A stretch of DNA of 64,000 bases from Chloroflexota bacterium (lineage in GTDB: Bacteria; Chloroflexota; Anaerolineae; DTLA01): NCBI GenBank assembly GCA_014874485.1, contig JADBJK010000055.1, forward strand, positions 10,243 to 74,242, read 5' to 3'. The notes under the pieces were generated by a model. It was not told the DNA's origin, searched no databases, and saw only the letters and a program-made list of their open reading frames with translations. Position 1 is the first letter of the stretch. Each line of letters begins with the position of its first letter. Positions 14,028 to 23,657 of this stretch are shown piece by piece. Both the position numbers and the translations under genes were made by a program.

Positions 14028-15242
14028 TTGCGCCTGAAGCGGTTGACGCTCGTCAATTTCAGAAACTACAGCCGCCTGGAGATCGCCTTTGACCGCCCTC
14101 TGATTGTGCTGCAGGGCGACAACGCCCAGGGGAAAAGCAACCTGCTGGAGGCCATCTACATGTTGGCCACCAGCAAATCGCCCCGCGCCAACAGCGATCG
14201 CGACCTGCTCAACTGGTTCGCCGAGAGCGACATCCAGCCCTACGCCCGCATTGACGCCGAGGTGGAGCGCGGCCCGCGCACCGAGCGAATTGAAATCACC
14301 GTGCTGAAGACCAACGGAGGGACCAACGGCCCTGCCGTTCGCAAGCAGATTCGCATCAACGGGGTCAATCGGCGCGCTCTGGACCTGCTAGGCCACCTGA
14401 ACGTGGTGCTGTTCGTGCCGCAGGATGTGGAACTTGTGGACGGAAGCCCCTCGGTGCGGCGGCGGTACCTGGACATCATGCTGTGCCAGATCAACCCCCG
14501 CTACTGCCGCGCGCTCAGCGAGTACTCGCACGCGGTGGTGCAGCGGAGCCACCTGCTGCGGCGGCTGCGCGAGCGGCCTGGCGACCCCGCCCAGTTGGCC
14601 TACTGGGATGAGATGCTGACCACGCGGGGGTCGGAGGTCATCACCTGGCGGCGGCGCGCGGTCATCGCCCTGGACCAACTGGCGGGCGCCATCCACCGCG
14701 AACTGACCAACGGGAGCGAACTCCTGCGCCTGAAGTATCAGCCCAGCCTGCCGATTCCCGAGGCGCTCCAGCCGCCGCTGGGCTTGGAACTGGCCGTCGC
14801 GCAAGACGAGATCGCGGCGATTCAGGCCGCGTTCGCCGAGCGGCTTGCCCGCCTGCGCCCCGCCGAGTTGCACCAGGGGGCCTGCCTGGTGGGACCCCAC
14901 AGGGATGACTTGCGCTTTCTGGTCAATGGGCGCGACCTCCAGACCTATGGCTCGCGCGGGCAGCAGCGCACGGCGGCGCTGTCGCTCAAGATGGCGGAGA
15001 CCCGCCTGATGCACGCGGAGACGGGCGAGCACCCTGTCCTCCTGCTGGACGACGTCCTGTCCGAACTGGACACGAAGCGGCGCGAGTGCCTGCTGGAAGC
15101 GGTCAACGGCGTGGAGCAGGCCATCCTCACCACCACGGACCTGACGCTGTTCTCGGCGGACTTTCTCGCGCGGGCCGATTCCCTGCGAGTAACCGAGGGA
15201 CGCCTCCAGCGCCTGAATGTGGGGAGTGGGCCTGATGACTAG
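14028..15242 (+). CDS. recF: DNA replication and repair protein RecF
   Basis: LRLKRLTLVNFRNYSRLEIAFDRPLIVLQGDNAQGKSNLLEAIYMLATSKS (Walker A). Start assigned to an in-frame TTG at 14028 preceded by GGAGAGG. The ORF in the track is over-extended into the repeats. Confidence 0.85.
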   Translation: MRLKRLTLVNFRNYSRLEIAFDRPLIVLQGDNAQGKSNLLEAIYMLATSKSPRANSDRDLLNWFAESDIQPYARIDAEVERGPRTERIEITVLKTNGGTNGPAVRKQIRINGVNRRALDLLGHLNVVLFVPQDVELVDGSPSVRRRYLDIMLCQINPRYCRALSEYSHAVVQRSHLLRRLRERPGDPAQLAYWDEMLTTRGSEVITWRRRAVIALDQLAGAIHRELTNGSELLRLKYQPSLPIPEALQPPLGLELAVAQDEIAAIQAAFAERLARLRPAELHQGACLVGPHRDDLRFLVNGRDLQTYGSRGQQRTAALSLKMAETRLMHAETGEHPVLLLDDVLSELDTKRRECLLEAVNGVEQAILTTTDLTLFSADFLARADSLRVTEGRLQRLNVGSGPDD

Positions 15243-15819
15243 GATGCATCGCACCGAGGGAGAGGACATCGCCCTTCTCCACGAGATTCGCGCCTTCGCG
15301 CGAGACCTGCGCCGCTCGGTGGCCCGCATCGCGCCACCCGCGGAAGATGAGCGCCGCCGCGTGTCCGAGAAGCCGCCCCGCGACCTGCTGGAAACGAGCC
15401 TCGCCTGGGTCAAGCAGTTTGTGCTCGCCGAGGCGCAGGTTCGCCCCAAGCCCCCCGACGACACCGCCCGCGAGGTCTATGCCCTGTGGCTGTTCGCGTC
15501 GTACATGGCGGAACATCAGGGGTTGTCGGTCATGGACACCGACTTTGACGCCTTGTACGAATTCTTCTTCTGGTGGTATCCCCGCCAGTGCGGGGATGCC
15601 AGCCCCGAGTTGACGGAAACGCTGTTCGGGTCGCTTCAGGACTTCTTCCAATTTCTGGTGGACAAAGGGGCATTGTCGGATACGGCGGCCGTGGACGACT
15701 TCTGGGGTTACCGAGACGATGCGCTGCGCCTCCTGGCGCTGTACGAGCAACTGGACCCCGAATCGCCGTACTTTGAGGAGCAGTTTGACGCGCTCTTCGG
15801 CCTGGACTGGCAGGAGTAG
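15235..15819 (+). CDS. Hypothetical acidic protein downstream of recF
   Basis: Open frame overlaps the recF stop. No recognisable domain. The position is analogous to small recF-associated genes in other bacteria. Confidence 0.45.
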   Translation: MTRMHRTEGEDIALLHEIRAFARDLRRSVARIAPPAEDERRRVSEKPPRDLLETSLAWVKQFVLAEAQVRPKPPDDTAREVYALWLFASYMAEHQGLSVMDTDFDALYEFFFWWYPRQCGDASPELTETLFGSLQDFFQFLVDKGALSDTAAVDDFWGYRDDALRLLALYEQLDPESPYFEEQFDALFGLDWQE

Positions 15820-15826
15820 CGCGGCG

Positions 15827-16570
15827 CTACTTCAGCGGGCGCTTGGCGGGAATCCCCGGTCGGCGGGGATAGGCGTCGGGCGTGCACGCGGCCTTCCGCA
15901 CGACCACCAGGCGGCGCTCCTCCACCAGGCCCGGCAGCGCGATCTTGACGATCTTCACCAACTCCCCGCCCAGGACGGTGAACGCCCGACCCGATTGGGC
16001 CACCTCCGCCTCGGCGGTCTCGCCCTTCATCGCGATCACCTTGCCCCCCAGCCGCGCGAAGGGCAGCGTCAATTCGGCCAGGGCGGGCATCTCGGCGACG
16101 GCGCGTGCCACCACCCAGTCGTACTGCTCGCGGTGCGCGGGGTCCTTGGCCAAATCCTCCGCGCGGCCGTGGAGAATCTCCAGGTCGGCCAGGCCCAGCA
16201 CATCGCGCAGGTGCTCCAGGAACCGCACCTTCTTGCCTGTGGCCTCCAGCAGCACAACGCGCCAGCGGGGGCACACGATCTTCAGCGGGACGCCCGGAAA
16301 CCCCGCGCCGCTGCCCACGTCCAGGAGCCGCAGGCGCTCGCCCGCGCGGCGCTCCCGCCCAGGGGGACCGCAAACCTCCCGCATGGCCACCAGGCACGTG
16401 AGCGAATCCAGAAAATGGCGGACTTCTATCTGCTCCTCCTGGGTGATGGCGGTGAGGTTGAACTTCTTGTTCCACTCCAGGAGTTCGCGCCGGTAGGTGT
16501 GGAATGCCTCCACCTGCCTGGGCGAGAGCGGGATGCCCATCTCCTTCGCGTGGCGCACCAGCAGGTCCAT
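15827..16570 (-). CDS. rsmG: 16S rRNA (guanine527-N7)-methyltransferase RsmG (GidB)
   Basis: MDLLVRHAKEMGIPLSPRQVEAFHTYRRELLEWNKKFNLTAI...LLDVGSGAGFPGVPLKIV is the GidB signature. The 5' extension in the track ORF overlaps the next gene in another frame. Confidence 0.9.
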   Translation of the reverse strand: MDLLVRHAKEMGIPLSPRQVEAFHTYRRELLEWNKKFNLTAITQEEQIEVRHFLDSLTCLVAMREVCGPPGRERRAGERLRLLDVGSGAGFPGVPLKIVCPRWRVVLLEATGKKVRFLEHLRDVLGLADLEILHGRAEDLAKDPAHREQYDWVVARAVAEMPALAELTLPFARLGGKVIAMKGETAEAEVAQSGRAFTVLGGELVKIVKIALPGLVEERRLVVVRKAACTPDAYPRRPGIPAKRPLK

Positions 16571-16592
16571 CGGCAACCTCCCGCTCACCCGT

Positions 16593-17993
16593 TCACAGTT
16601 CCACCGTCTCGCCGGGCATGGGGACGTGGACTTCGGGGACGCCCAGTTCCCGGATGGCGTCGGCCAGCGACAGCGACGCGTGCTCCTCGCCGTGGACGAT
16701 GAACACGCGCCGAAGCCCTGTCCGCCGGACCTGCCGCACGTAGTCCAGCAGTTCGTCGCGGTCGGCGTGGGCGCTGTAGCCGTCAATGCGCTCCACCGCG
16801 GCGCGCACCGTGTATTCCTCGCCGAAGATTCTGACCTTGTGCCATCCGTCCACGATCTTGCGGCCCAGCGTCTGCTCGGCCTGGTAGCCGACGAACAGGA
16901 TGGTGTTGCGGGGGTCCTCAATGTTGTTCTTCAGGTGGTGCAGGATGCGCCCGGCCTCGCACATGCCCGACGCGCTGATGATGACCGCGGGTTCCTTCAG
17001 CGCGTTGAGTGCCTTGGACTCCTCCACGTCGCGCACGTAGCGAAGGCGGCGAAAGCCGAAGGCATCCTCCACGTCGGCGCGCTCAATGAAGGCGTTGATT
17101 TCGCGGTCGTAGCATTCGGGGTGCAGCCGGAAGATCTCCGTTACGTTGACGGCCAGCGGGCTGTCCACGAAAACCGGCAGTTCGGGGAGTTTGCCGGCCA
17201 AGGTCAGGCGGTGCAGCGCATAGACCAACTCCTGGGTGCGGCCCACGGCGAAGGCGGGGATGATGACCTTGCCGCCCCTGCGGACGGTGTCCAGAATGAC
17301 GCGCTGCAGTTGCGCCTCGGCCTCTACCGGCGACTCGTGCGTGCGGTCGCCGTAGGTGCTCTCCAGAATCAGCGTGTCCACGTCCTGCACAACATAGGGG
17401 TTGCGTAGGATGGGCAGGTTGGGCCGGCCCAGGTCGCCGCTGTACACGACCTTGCGGGTGTGGCCGTTCTCGCGCACGGCGACCTCCACCATGGCGGAGC
17501 CCAGGATGTGGCCCGCGTCGCGGAAGGTGGCCGTGGCCTCGTCGGTCAGGGGAATGGGGCGGTTGTAGCCCACCCCCAGGAAGTGCTCCACCGCCGCCAG
17601 TGCATCGTCCAGCGAGTACAGCGGCTTCAGAGGCGGCTCCCCTTTGCGTGCCCGCTTCTTGTTGACGTAGGCCACGTCGGCGGCCAGGACGTGGGCCGAA
17701 TCCCGAAGCATGGCGCTGCACAGGTCCACGGTGGCAGGCGTGGCGTACACGTGGCCGGCGAACCCCTCGCGCACCAGGGTCGGGATGTTGCCGCTGTGGT
17801 CAATGTGGGCGTGGGACAGCAGCACCGCGTCTACGCCGGCGGGCCTGAACTCAAACCGCTGGTTTCGGTCAAAGAAGTCCTGCCGCCTCCCCTGGAACAG
17901 GCCACAATCCAGGAGGATGGATTTCCCGGCGATTTCCAGCCGGTGCCTGGCCCCGGTTACGCTGCGCACCGCGCCGAGGAACTGGATTCTCAC
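16593..17993 (-). CDS. MBL-fold metallo-hydrolase with beta-CASP and RNA-metabolising domain (RNase J/CPSF-like ribonuclease)
   Basis: HAHIDHSG metallo-beta-lactamase motif, beta-CASP region, and 466 aa length typical of CPSF-like bacterial ribonucleases. Confidence 0.8.
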   Translation of the reverse strand: MRIQFLGAVRSVTGARHRLEIAGKSILLDCGLFQGRRQDFFDRNQRFEFRPAGVDAVLLSHAHIDHSGNIPTLVREGFAGHVYATPATVDLCSAMLRDSAHVLAADVAYVNKKRARKGEPPLKPLYSLDDALAAVEHFLGVGYNRPIPLTDEATATFRDAGHILGSAMVEVAVRENGHTRKVVYSGDLGRPNLPILRNPYVVQDVDTLILESTYGDRTHESPVEAEAQLQRVILDTVRRGGKVIIPAFAVGRTQELVYALHRLTLAGKLPELPVFVDSPLAVNVTEIFRLHPECYDREINAFIERADVEDAFGFRRLRYVRDVEESKALNALKEPAVIISASGMCEAGRILHHLKNNIEDPRNTILFVGYQAEQTLGRKIVDGWHKVRIFGEEYTVRAAVERIDGYSAHADRDELLDYVRQVRRTGLRRVFIVHGEEHASLSLADAIRELGVPEVHVPMPGETVEL

Positions 17994-18523
17994 GATGCCT
18001 CCTTGCGTCGGCGTTTGTCCGAGTTGTGCGGGCTATTATGGCCGATGGCACCGTTTCCGTCAAGCCAGGCGCAACACGTCGTGCGCGCGAGCGGCCCGAC
18101 ACACAACACCTTGTGCTTAACGATAATCACTCTTAAAACTCCGTGCGGGCACAGTTTTAACACGATTTTCCCTTCCTAAAATCCGCAACTTGGTGTAACA
18201 TAAAAGGGCCGTAGAGATGGGCGGCACGGGGGCCTTCCAGGGAGATGCTGGCGGGTGAGCGCGAACCCCGCAGCAGGCATGCGCGAGTACAAGGCCGGAC
18301 ATTGGTGTTCGCGTCCCCAAAAGCAGAAGGCAAGTCGCCCTCTCCGTTACCCGGTTCAACTCCTTCACAAGTTTCTTTGCCCGTGGTTTGCCGACAACAG
18401 AATACGGGATTCTTTGACCCCTCCGGGCTCATGGTAGTTTCGGCGGGCAGGCTGGCCCGGTGGGTTGTAGTTTCTTGTACCCTTTGATCGGAACACAACC
18501 ATCTCTCTTCACAGCGCGTCCAT

Positions 18524-19921
18524 ATGACCAATACATCCGACCGGCAGGACAAACTGACGCCCCTAGAGGCATGGCAGGCAACGCTTGGAGAACTGCAACT
18601 GCAGTTAGCGAAGTCTACCTTTGACGCATGGTTGAAAGATACCACGCTGGTGGCCGCCGAAGACGGCGTCTTCACCATCGGCGCGCGGAACTCCTACGCC
18701 CGCGACTGGTTGGACAACCGCATGCGCGGCCTCGTCAAGCGCACCCTCACGCGCATCGTGGGCCGCCAGGTGGACGTTCGCTTCATCGTGGACGCCAAGC
18801 CGGTGGAATCGCCCGCCCCCAAAGACCTCATCGGATACGACCCGTCCGAGGACGCGCAGGCCCAGGTCAACAGACCCAACGGCCAGGCGTGCGCCCTGAA
18901 TCCGCGCTACACCTTTGAGACCTTCGTCGTGGGGAACGGCAACCGCGTGCCCTACGAAATCTCGCGGGCCGTGAGCGAGCGTCCGGGCATGGCCTACAAC
19001 CCGCTGTTCCTCTACGGCGGCGTGGGCCTGGGCAAGACCCACCTGCTGCACGCCATCGGCCTCAACGCGGCCCAGCGCGGGCTCAACGTGCTCTACGTGC
19101 CCTCGGAGCAATTCACCAACGACCTGGTCTGCGCCATCCGCGCGCGCACCACCGAGGAGTTCCGCAACAAGTACCGCAGCGTGGACGTGCTCCTGCTGGA
19201 CGATATCCAATTCATCGCCGGCAAGGACGCCTCGCAAGAGGAGTTCTTCCACACGTTCAACGCGCTGCACAGCGCCAACCGCCAAATCGTGGTGGCGTGC
19301 GACCGCCCCCCACGCGATGTCCTGGGCCTAGACGAGCGGCTGCGCTCGCGGTTTGAGGGCGGGCTGGTGGTGGAAATCGCCCCGCCCGATTTCGCCGCGC
19401 GCATGGCCATCCTCCAGGCCAAGTCCACGGCCAGGGCCTGTAGCGTCCCGATGCCCATCCTGGAACTCATCGCCCAGACTGTGGAGACCAACGTGCGCGA
19501 ACTGGAAGGCGCGCTCAACCGCGTCATCGCCCAGTGGGAAGCGCTGCGCCAGCCGCCCACGTTGGAGACCACGCAGGCCATCTTGAAGGACATGCTGCCC
19601 AGCAAAGGGCGACCCTCGCCCGAGGCCATCCTGCAGGCTGTAGCCGACTATTTCGGGGTTGACCCCCAGGACATGCTTGGGGCGTCGCGCAAACAACAAA
19701 TCGCCCTGCCCCGCCAGATTGCCATGTACCTGCTATGCGCCGAGACCGACCTCTCGCTCGCGCAGGTCGGTGCGTTCATGGGCAAGCGCGACCACACGAC
19801 CGTCCTCCACGGGCGGGACAAAATCCGCGACCTGATGGAGACCGACGCCGCGATTCGCCTGCATGTCCAGACCATCCGAGAGCGCATGCGCCAGCCAGCC
19901 GCCGTCCGCCAGACGGCGTGA
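18524..19921 (+). CDS. dnaA: Chromosomal replication initiator protein DnaA
   Basis: NPRYTFETFVVGNGNRVPYEISRAV...LFLYGGVGLGKTHLLHAIG (AAA+ Walker A), a sensor region, and the C-terminal DNA-binding domain ...IAMYLLCAETDLSLAQVGAFMGKRDHTTVLH. Confidence 0.95.
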   Translation: MTNTSDRQDKLTPLEAWQATLGELQLQLAKSTFDAWLKDTTLVAAEDGVFTIGARNSYARDWLDNRMRGLVKRTLTRIVGRQVDVRFIVDAKPVESPAPKDLIGYDPSEDAQAQVNRPNGQACALNPRYTFETFVVGNGNRVPYEISRAVSERPGMAYNPLFLYGGVGLGKTHLLHAIGLNAAQRGLNVLYVPSEQFTNDLVCAIRARTTEEFRNKYRSVDVLLLDDIQFIAGKDASQEEFFHTFNALHSANRQIVVACDRPPRDVLGLDERLRSRFEGGLVVEIAPPDFAARMAILQAKSTARACSVPMPILELIAQTVETNVRELEGALNRVIAQWEALRQPPTLETTQAILKDMLPSKGRPSPEAILQAVADYFGVDPQDMLGASRKQQIALPRQIAMYLLCAETDLSLAQVGAFMGKRDHTTVLHGRDKIRDLMETDAAIRLHVQTIRERMRQPAAVRQTA

Positions 19922-19924
19922 TTC

Positions 19925-20956
19925 TCACAGAATCAGCATGGCGTCGCCGAAACTGTAGAAGCGGTACCGCTCGCGAATGGCCTCCTGATACGCCCGATCT
20001 ATCAAATCCTTCCCCGCGAACGCCGACACCAGCAACAACAGCGTGGATCGTGGCAGGTGGAAGTTGGTGATCATCACGTCCACGGCGCGGAACGTGTACC
20101 CAGGGTAAATGTACAGCCCCGTCGGGCCTGAATACGGCTGCGCGACGCCGCTCTGCGCGGCAGTCTCCAGGGCGCGCACCACCGTGGTGCCGACCGCGAC
20201 GACGCGCCGCCCCTCCGCCTTGGCCGCGCGGATGCGCTCGGCCACTTCCGACTTGACCTCGCACCACTCGGTGTGGATGCGGTGCTCCTCAATGTGCTTC
20301 TCGCCGATGGGGCGGAAGGTGTCCATGCCGATGTGCAGTGTAACGAACGCCAACTCGCACCCCATGGCCAGGACTGCATCCAGCAGCGCGGGCGTGAAAT
20401 GCAGCCCTGCCGTGGGCGCGGCGACGGAGCCTTGCACCCGCGCGTACACCGTCTGGTAGCGGTCGGGGTCGCGGAGCGGCTCGTGGATGTAGGGCGGGAG
20501 CGGGATGACGCCGAGGGATTCCAGGTGCGGCTCCACCGGCTCGGCGAACTCCAAGATGCGGCCGCCCGACTCGGTGACGGCGATCACCCGCGCCTCCAGC
20601 GCCTCGCCGAAGACCAGCGTCCCGCCCTCGCGGATTCTTCGCCCGCGCACCAGCGCCTCCCACGTCTGGGGGCCGCGCTTGGCGACGAGCAGCACTTCTA
20701 CCTTGCCGCCGGTTCCGGCCTTGCGCCCGTAGATGCGCGCGGGGATGACGCGGCTATCGTTGCAGACCAGCAGGTCGCCCGCCCGCAGGTACCGCACGAT
20801 GTCGCGGAAGATGCGGTGCTCCAGCGCTCCGGTGTCGCGGTGCACCACCAGCAGGCGCGAGGAATCGCGCGGCTCCACGGGCGTCTGCGCGATGAGTTCG
20901 GGAGGGAGGTGGTAGTCAAAGTCGGTGGTCTTCACGATAGCAGTAACCCTGTGCAA
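19925..20956 (-). CDS. queA: S-adenosylmethionine:tRNA ribosyltransferase-isomerase
   Basis: VKTTDFDYHLPPELIAQTPVEPRDSSRLLVV...GDLLVCNDSRVIPARIYG is the QueA signature. Confidence 0.9.
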   Translation of the reverse strand: MHRVTAIVKTTDFDYHLPPELIAQTPVEPRDSSRLLVVHRDTGALEHRIFRDIVRYLRAGDLLVCNDSRVIPARIYGRKAGTGGKVEVLLVAKRGPQTWEALVRGRRIREGGTLVFGEALEARVIAVTESGGRILEFAEPVEPHLESLGVIPLPPYIHEPLRDPDRYQTVYARVQGSVAAPTAGLHFTPALLDAVLAMGCELAFVTLHIGMDTFRPIGEKHIEEHRIHTEWCEVKSEVAERIRAAKAEGRRVVAVGTTVVRALETAAQSGVAQPYSGPTGLYIYPGYTFRAVDVMITNFHLPRSTLLLLVSAFAGKDLIDRAYQEAIRERYRFYSFGDAMLIL

Positions 20957-21005
20957 ATCACCCAGCAGAATTGGAACGCACTCGGAGGTGGCAGGGAATC
21001 GGTCT

Positions 21006-21740
21006 TCATAGGAGTGCAGCGGAACGCCTCAGAGTTGGACGTTCGTCCCATGTCCGTCCGTCCAGGATACGCCCCGCCTTGGCTTTCCGAACGCCTCCCC
21101 ACTGTTTGAAGAAAAACGGCACTCCGTGCTGTTGACACAGGTCGCGGATGTCTTTTACCCATTTCGGAGAGAGAGGTCTGGCGCCGGGGCCCGACTCGCC
21201 ACCGACTATGACCCAATCTATCCCTGCTAGGCTAAGGTCTTTGATCGGTCCCAGTAAGGGCTCCAGCGAGAGGAACTTGACCAGAGCCCCGGTTTCACGC
21301 AGGTGATCGGCACGGAATGCGTATTCCTGGCTCTCTATGGTAACCCCCATCCACACGTTTGAGGGCCAGTCAAGATTGGCACTGAGATCTCGCAAGCGCT
21401 CCGAGCGCTTCGTAAGCACCTGGAAAGTATGCCAGTGAGCCTGCCTCATCGTATCAAACACCCGCTGGATGAACCAAAGAGGGACCTCCTCGTGGAACAG
21501 GTCGCTCATGGAGTTCACGAAGATCATCTGCGGCTTCTTCCAAGAGAGTGGCACATCTAGGGCATCTTCATGCAGCGTCAATTTGAAGCCCCTGCTGTAG
21601 TGCGGGTGCCCCATTGCTCGCAATCTTATTGCCATCCGCTCAGCATAGCAGTTCCTACAGCCAGGACTGACTTTCGTACACCCCGTCAGCGGATTCCACG
21701 TGGCTTCGGTCCACTCAATGGCACTATTCTGAGCCATCAC
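21006..21740 (-). CDS. Phage Gp37/Gp68 family protein (DUF5131, three-Cys-motif protein)
   Basis: N-terminal [30 protein letters not shown] matches the conserved three-cysteine signature of Pfam Phage_Gp37Gp68. The local GC content is clearly lower than the flanks. Confidence 0.8.
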   Translation of the reverse strand: MMAQNSAIEWTEATWNPLTGCTKVSPGCRNCYAERMAIRLRAMGHPHYSRGFKLTLHEDALDVPLSWKKPQMIFVNSMSDLFHEEVPLWFIQRVFDTMRQAHWHTFQVLTKRSERLRDLSANLDWPSNVWMGVTIESQEYAFRADHLRETGALVKFLSLEPLLGPIKDLSLAGIDWVIVGGESGPGARPLSPKWVKDIRDLCQQHGVPFFFKQWGGVRKAKAGRILDGRTWDERPTLRRSAALL

Positions 21741-22557
21741 CGAGCCCCCTGTCTTTGTATTTCCTGAAGATGTCTTGGACTATCTTGCCTGCAACTGGCT
21801 TGTGTGAGGCAAAGAACAGATAATACACCACGGCCCCTTTTGTGTTGCGCATCGGAATGGGTTCAGGGACATGCGCAAATCCGGCAACCGTTTGCAGACG
21901 GCGACGAAAGGCTTCCGCGATAATATCGGTATCCACCTTCATCTCCATGCCAAACAGGTTCCTCGTCGTGTCATATGCGATGTCCCGCCATGAGCCGTCA
22001 CCCCAAAACGCATCCATTCTATGTCGCTGCCGCTCGTCCACCCTCTCTGGGTTTTTCCACAATACGTTGCGGTTCATGTCCATGACGGGAAAATTAAGGA
22101 ATATCTCTATTGCTTTCATCTCTCCCGCTGCCTGCACAACTTCCCAGTTCAAATGCAGACCATAGGGATCGAGCAAACACAACCCCCGCCGATAGTCTTC
22201 ATAGCGGACTCTCGTGAAAATCTCGCTCAGCAGCAGTTTATTGCAGTCACCTTCGTGTACGTAGACGTTTGGATACTTCGCAACGGTCTCTCTCAGTGCC
22301 TGGGTTTTTCGCCTATCCAGATCAATGAGGTGGTATTCTTTGAAAGGCGGCTTGACCTCCAATGCATTCAGCGGCGACCCTAACACGAAACCCTGTGTTC
22401 TGCGAGAGATGTGTTTGCCAGCACCTGCGAAGGCATCTATGTAGACATGATGCAGTGAAGGGCTGCGTTGGGCACTGAGGATGGTGGAGTATGCCTGTGC
22501 ATACTCGCGCACGATATCCAACTTGATCTCTGACCAGTAGCCAATCTCGTCAAACAT
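21724..22557 (-). CDS. Three-Cys-motif partner protein TcmP-like (SAM-methyltransferase-like DAFAGAG motif)
   Basis: It lies immediately upstream of the Gp37/Gp68 gene on the same strand, and its stop overlaps that gene's start by 17 nt. Contains [13 protein letters not shown]...HLIDLD. Start chosen at MFDEIG, preceded by AGGAGA. Low GC. Confidence 0.65.
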   Translation of the reverse strand: MFDEIGYWSEIKLDIVREYAQAYSTILSAQRSPSLHHVYIDAFAGAGKHISRRTQGFVLGSPLNALEVKPPFKEYHLIDLDRRKTQALRETVAKYPNVYVHEGDCNKLLLSEIFTRVRYEDYRRGLCLLDPYGLHLNWEVVQAAGEMKAIEIFLNFPVMDMNRNVLWKNPERVDERQRHRMDAFWGDGSWRDIAYDTTRNLFGMEMKVDTDIIAEAFRRRLQTVAGFAHVPEPIPMRNTKGAVVYYLFFASHKPVAGKIVQDIFRKYKDRGLGDGSE

Positions 22558-22651
22558 GTCATCTCCTTGCCGCTGGCAGTCAAGCAACATTGCCCCCTGC
22601 GTTGATTCTTGCACTGTCGTCGCAATCCGTCAAGTTTCAGCCGGGGAGAAG

Positions 22652-23644
22652 TTAGCGTTCCTTATCAACCCATTCTCTGACCGCATCTACATTCGCCTCG
22701 GGCGTGCCCAGGTGGATGACGCAGCCCGGGCCGAGGATGAAGCGGTCGCCGCCCGTCTGCGCGAGGGCATCTCGGGCCTCGGCGACGGCCTCCTCGGGCA
22801 CCCCGCTGTGGAACGCGCCGCCCGGGGCATGATTCAGCCCGCCGATGAGCACCCCCGAGAAGTGCGCCCGCGCCTCCGCCAGGCTTGGCCCGGTCGGGCT
22901 ACGGTCGTGCCAGTTGACCGCCTGCACGGGATAGTCCCGCGCCACCTCAAACCGCAAGTTGGGCCTGCACAGGTGCAGGATGTTGAACCACGTCCTTGCG
23001 GCGACCCGCTCCAACACAGGCAGGTCGTAGGCCAGGCCGAACTCGCGGAATGCGTCGGGCGGGAGCGCGTCGCGCGTGGCCCCCTGCACCGCCAGGAAGA
23101 TGCCATCCGCGCCCGCCTCCACGCAGGCCTGGGCGAAGTCGGCGGCGGTCTCGGTGATGGCCTTCAGCCCCACGTGCAGGTCGGGGCCGGCCGACAGGGC
23201 GTGCCGGTACACCGCGTCGCCCGCCAGGTTCCGCGCGATGGTGAGCGGCGCGAACGCCGTCGCCACGATGGGAATCCCCGACCCCAGTTCGTCGCGCAGC
23301 ATGCGCAGCGCCCGCACCTGATTGCCCAGAGCGCCCCGCAGGGGGTCAAGCGGGCGCAGGCTCCGCCAATCGGCGGGCGCTTTGACAACGTGCTCGGCCA
23401 CGGGCACGTGCCCCTCGCTGCGGTCGTAGCCCGCGAAGCGGTTGCCCCAGTCCACGGTAAACGCCCAGTTGTTGAACATCGCTTTCACAAAGTCCAGGTC
23501 CCAACGGCGGACGAAGCGGACCGTCGCCTTCACCAGACCTTCCGGTGTGGCGTCTTCGGGCGGCAGATGCCGCCAGATGGCGAACGGGACGCGGTCCGTC
23601 TTCTCGCCTCGGATGACCCGCCTGATTCGCTCCGATTTGTCCAT
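22652..23644 (-). CDS. Uroporphyrinogen decarboxylase (URO-D) family protein (MtaA/CmuA-like)
   Basis: 330 aa with a URO-D-like sequence. AGGAG RBS. Confidence 0.75.
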   Translation of the reverse strand: MDKSERIRRVIRGEKTDRVPFAIWRHLPPEDATPEGLVKATVRFVRRWDLDFVKAMFNNWAFTVDWGNRFAGYDRSEGHVPVAEHVVKAPADWRSLRPLDPLRGALGNQVRALRMLRDELGSGIPIVATAFAPLTIARNLAGDAVYRHALSAGPDLHVGLKAITETAADFAQACVEAGADGIFLAVQGATRDALPPDAFREFGLAYDLPVLERVAARTWFNILHLCRPNLRFEVARDYPVQAVNWHDRSPTGPSLAEARAHFSGVLIGGLNHAPGGAFHSGVPEEAVAEARDALAQTGGDRFILGPGCVIHLGTPEANVDAVREWVDKER

Positions 23645-23657
23645 CTCCTAAATCCTT

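Noticed and set aside
16571-16921. N-terminal extension of rsmG (track ORF 364 aa)
   Set aside because: GidB homology starts at MDLLVRH (16570). The extension overlaps the 3' end of the MBL ribonuclease gene in another frame and has no similarity.
18117-18487. Small ORFs (60-83 aa) upstream of dnaA
   Set aside because: They lie in the AT-rich putative origin region, with no RBS or conservation signal. They are more likely non-coding oriC or promoter DNA.
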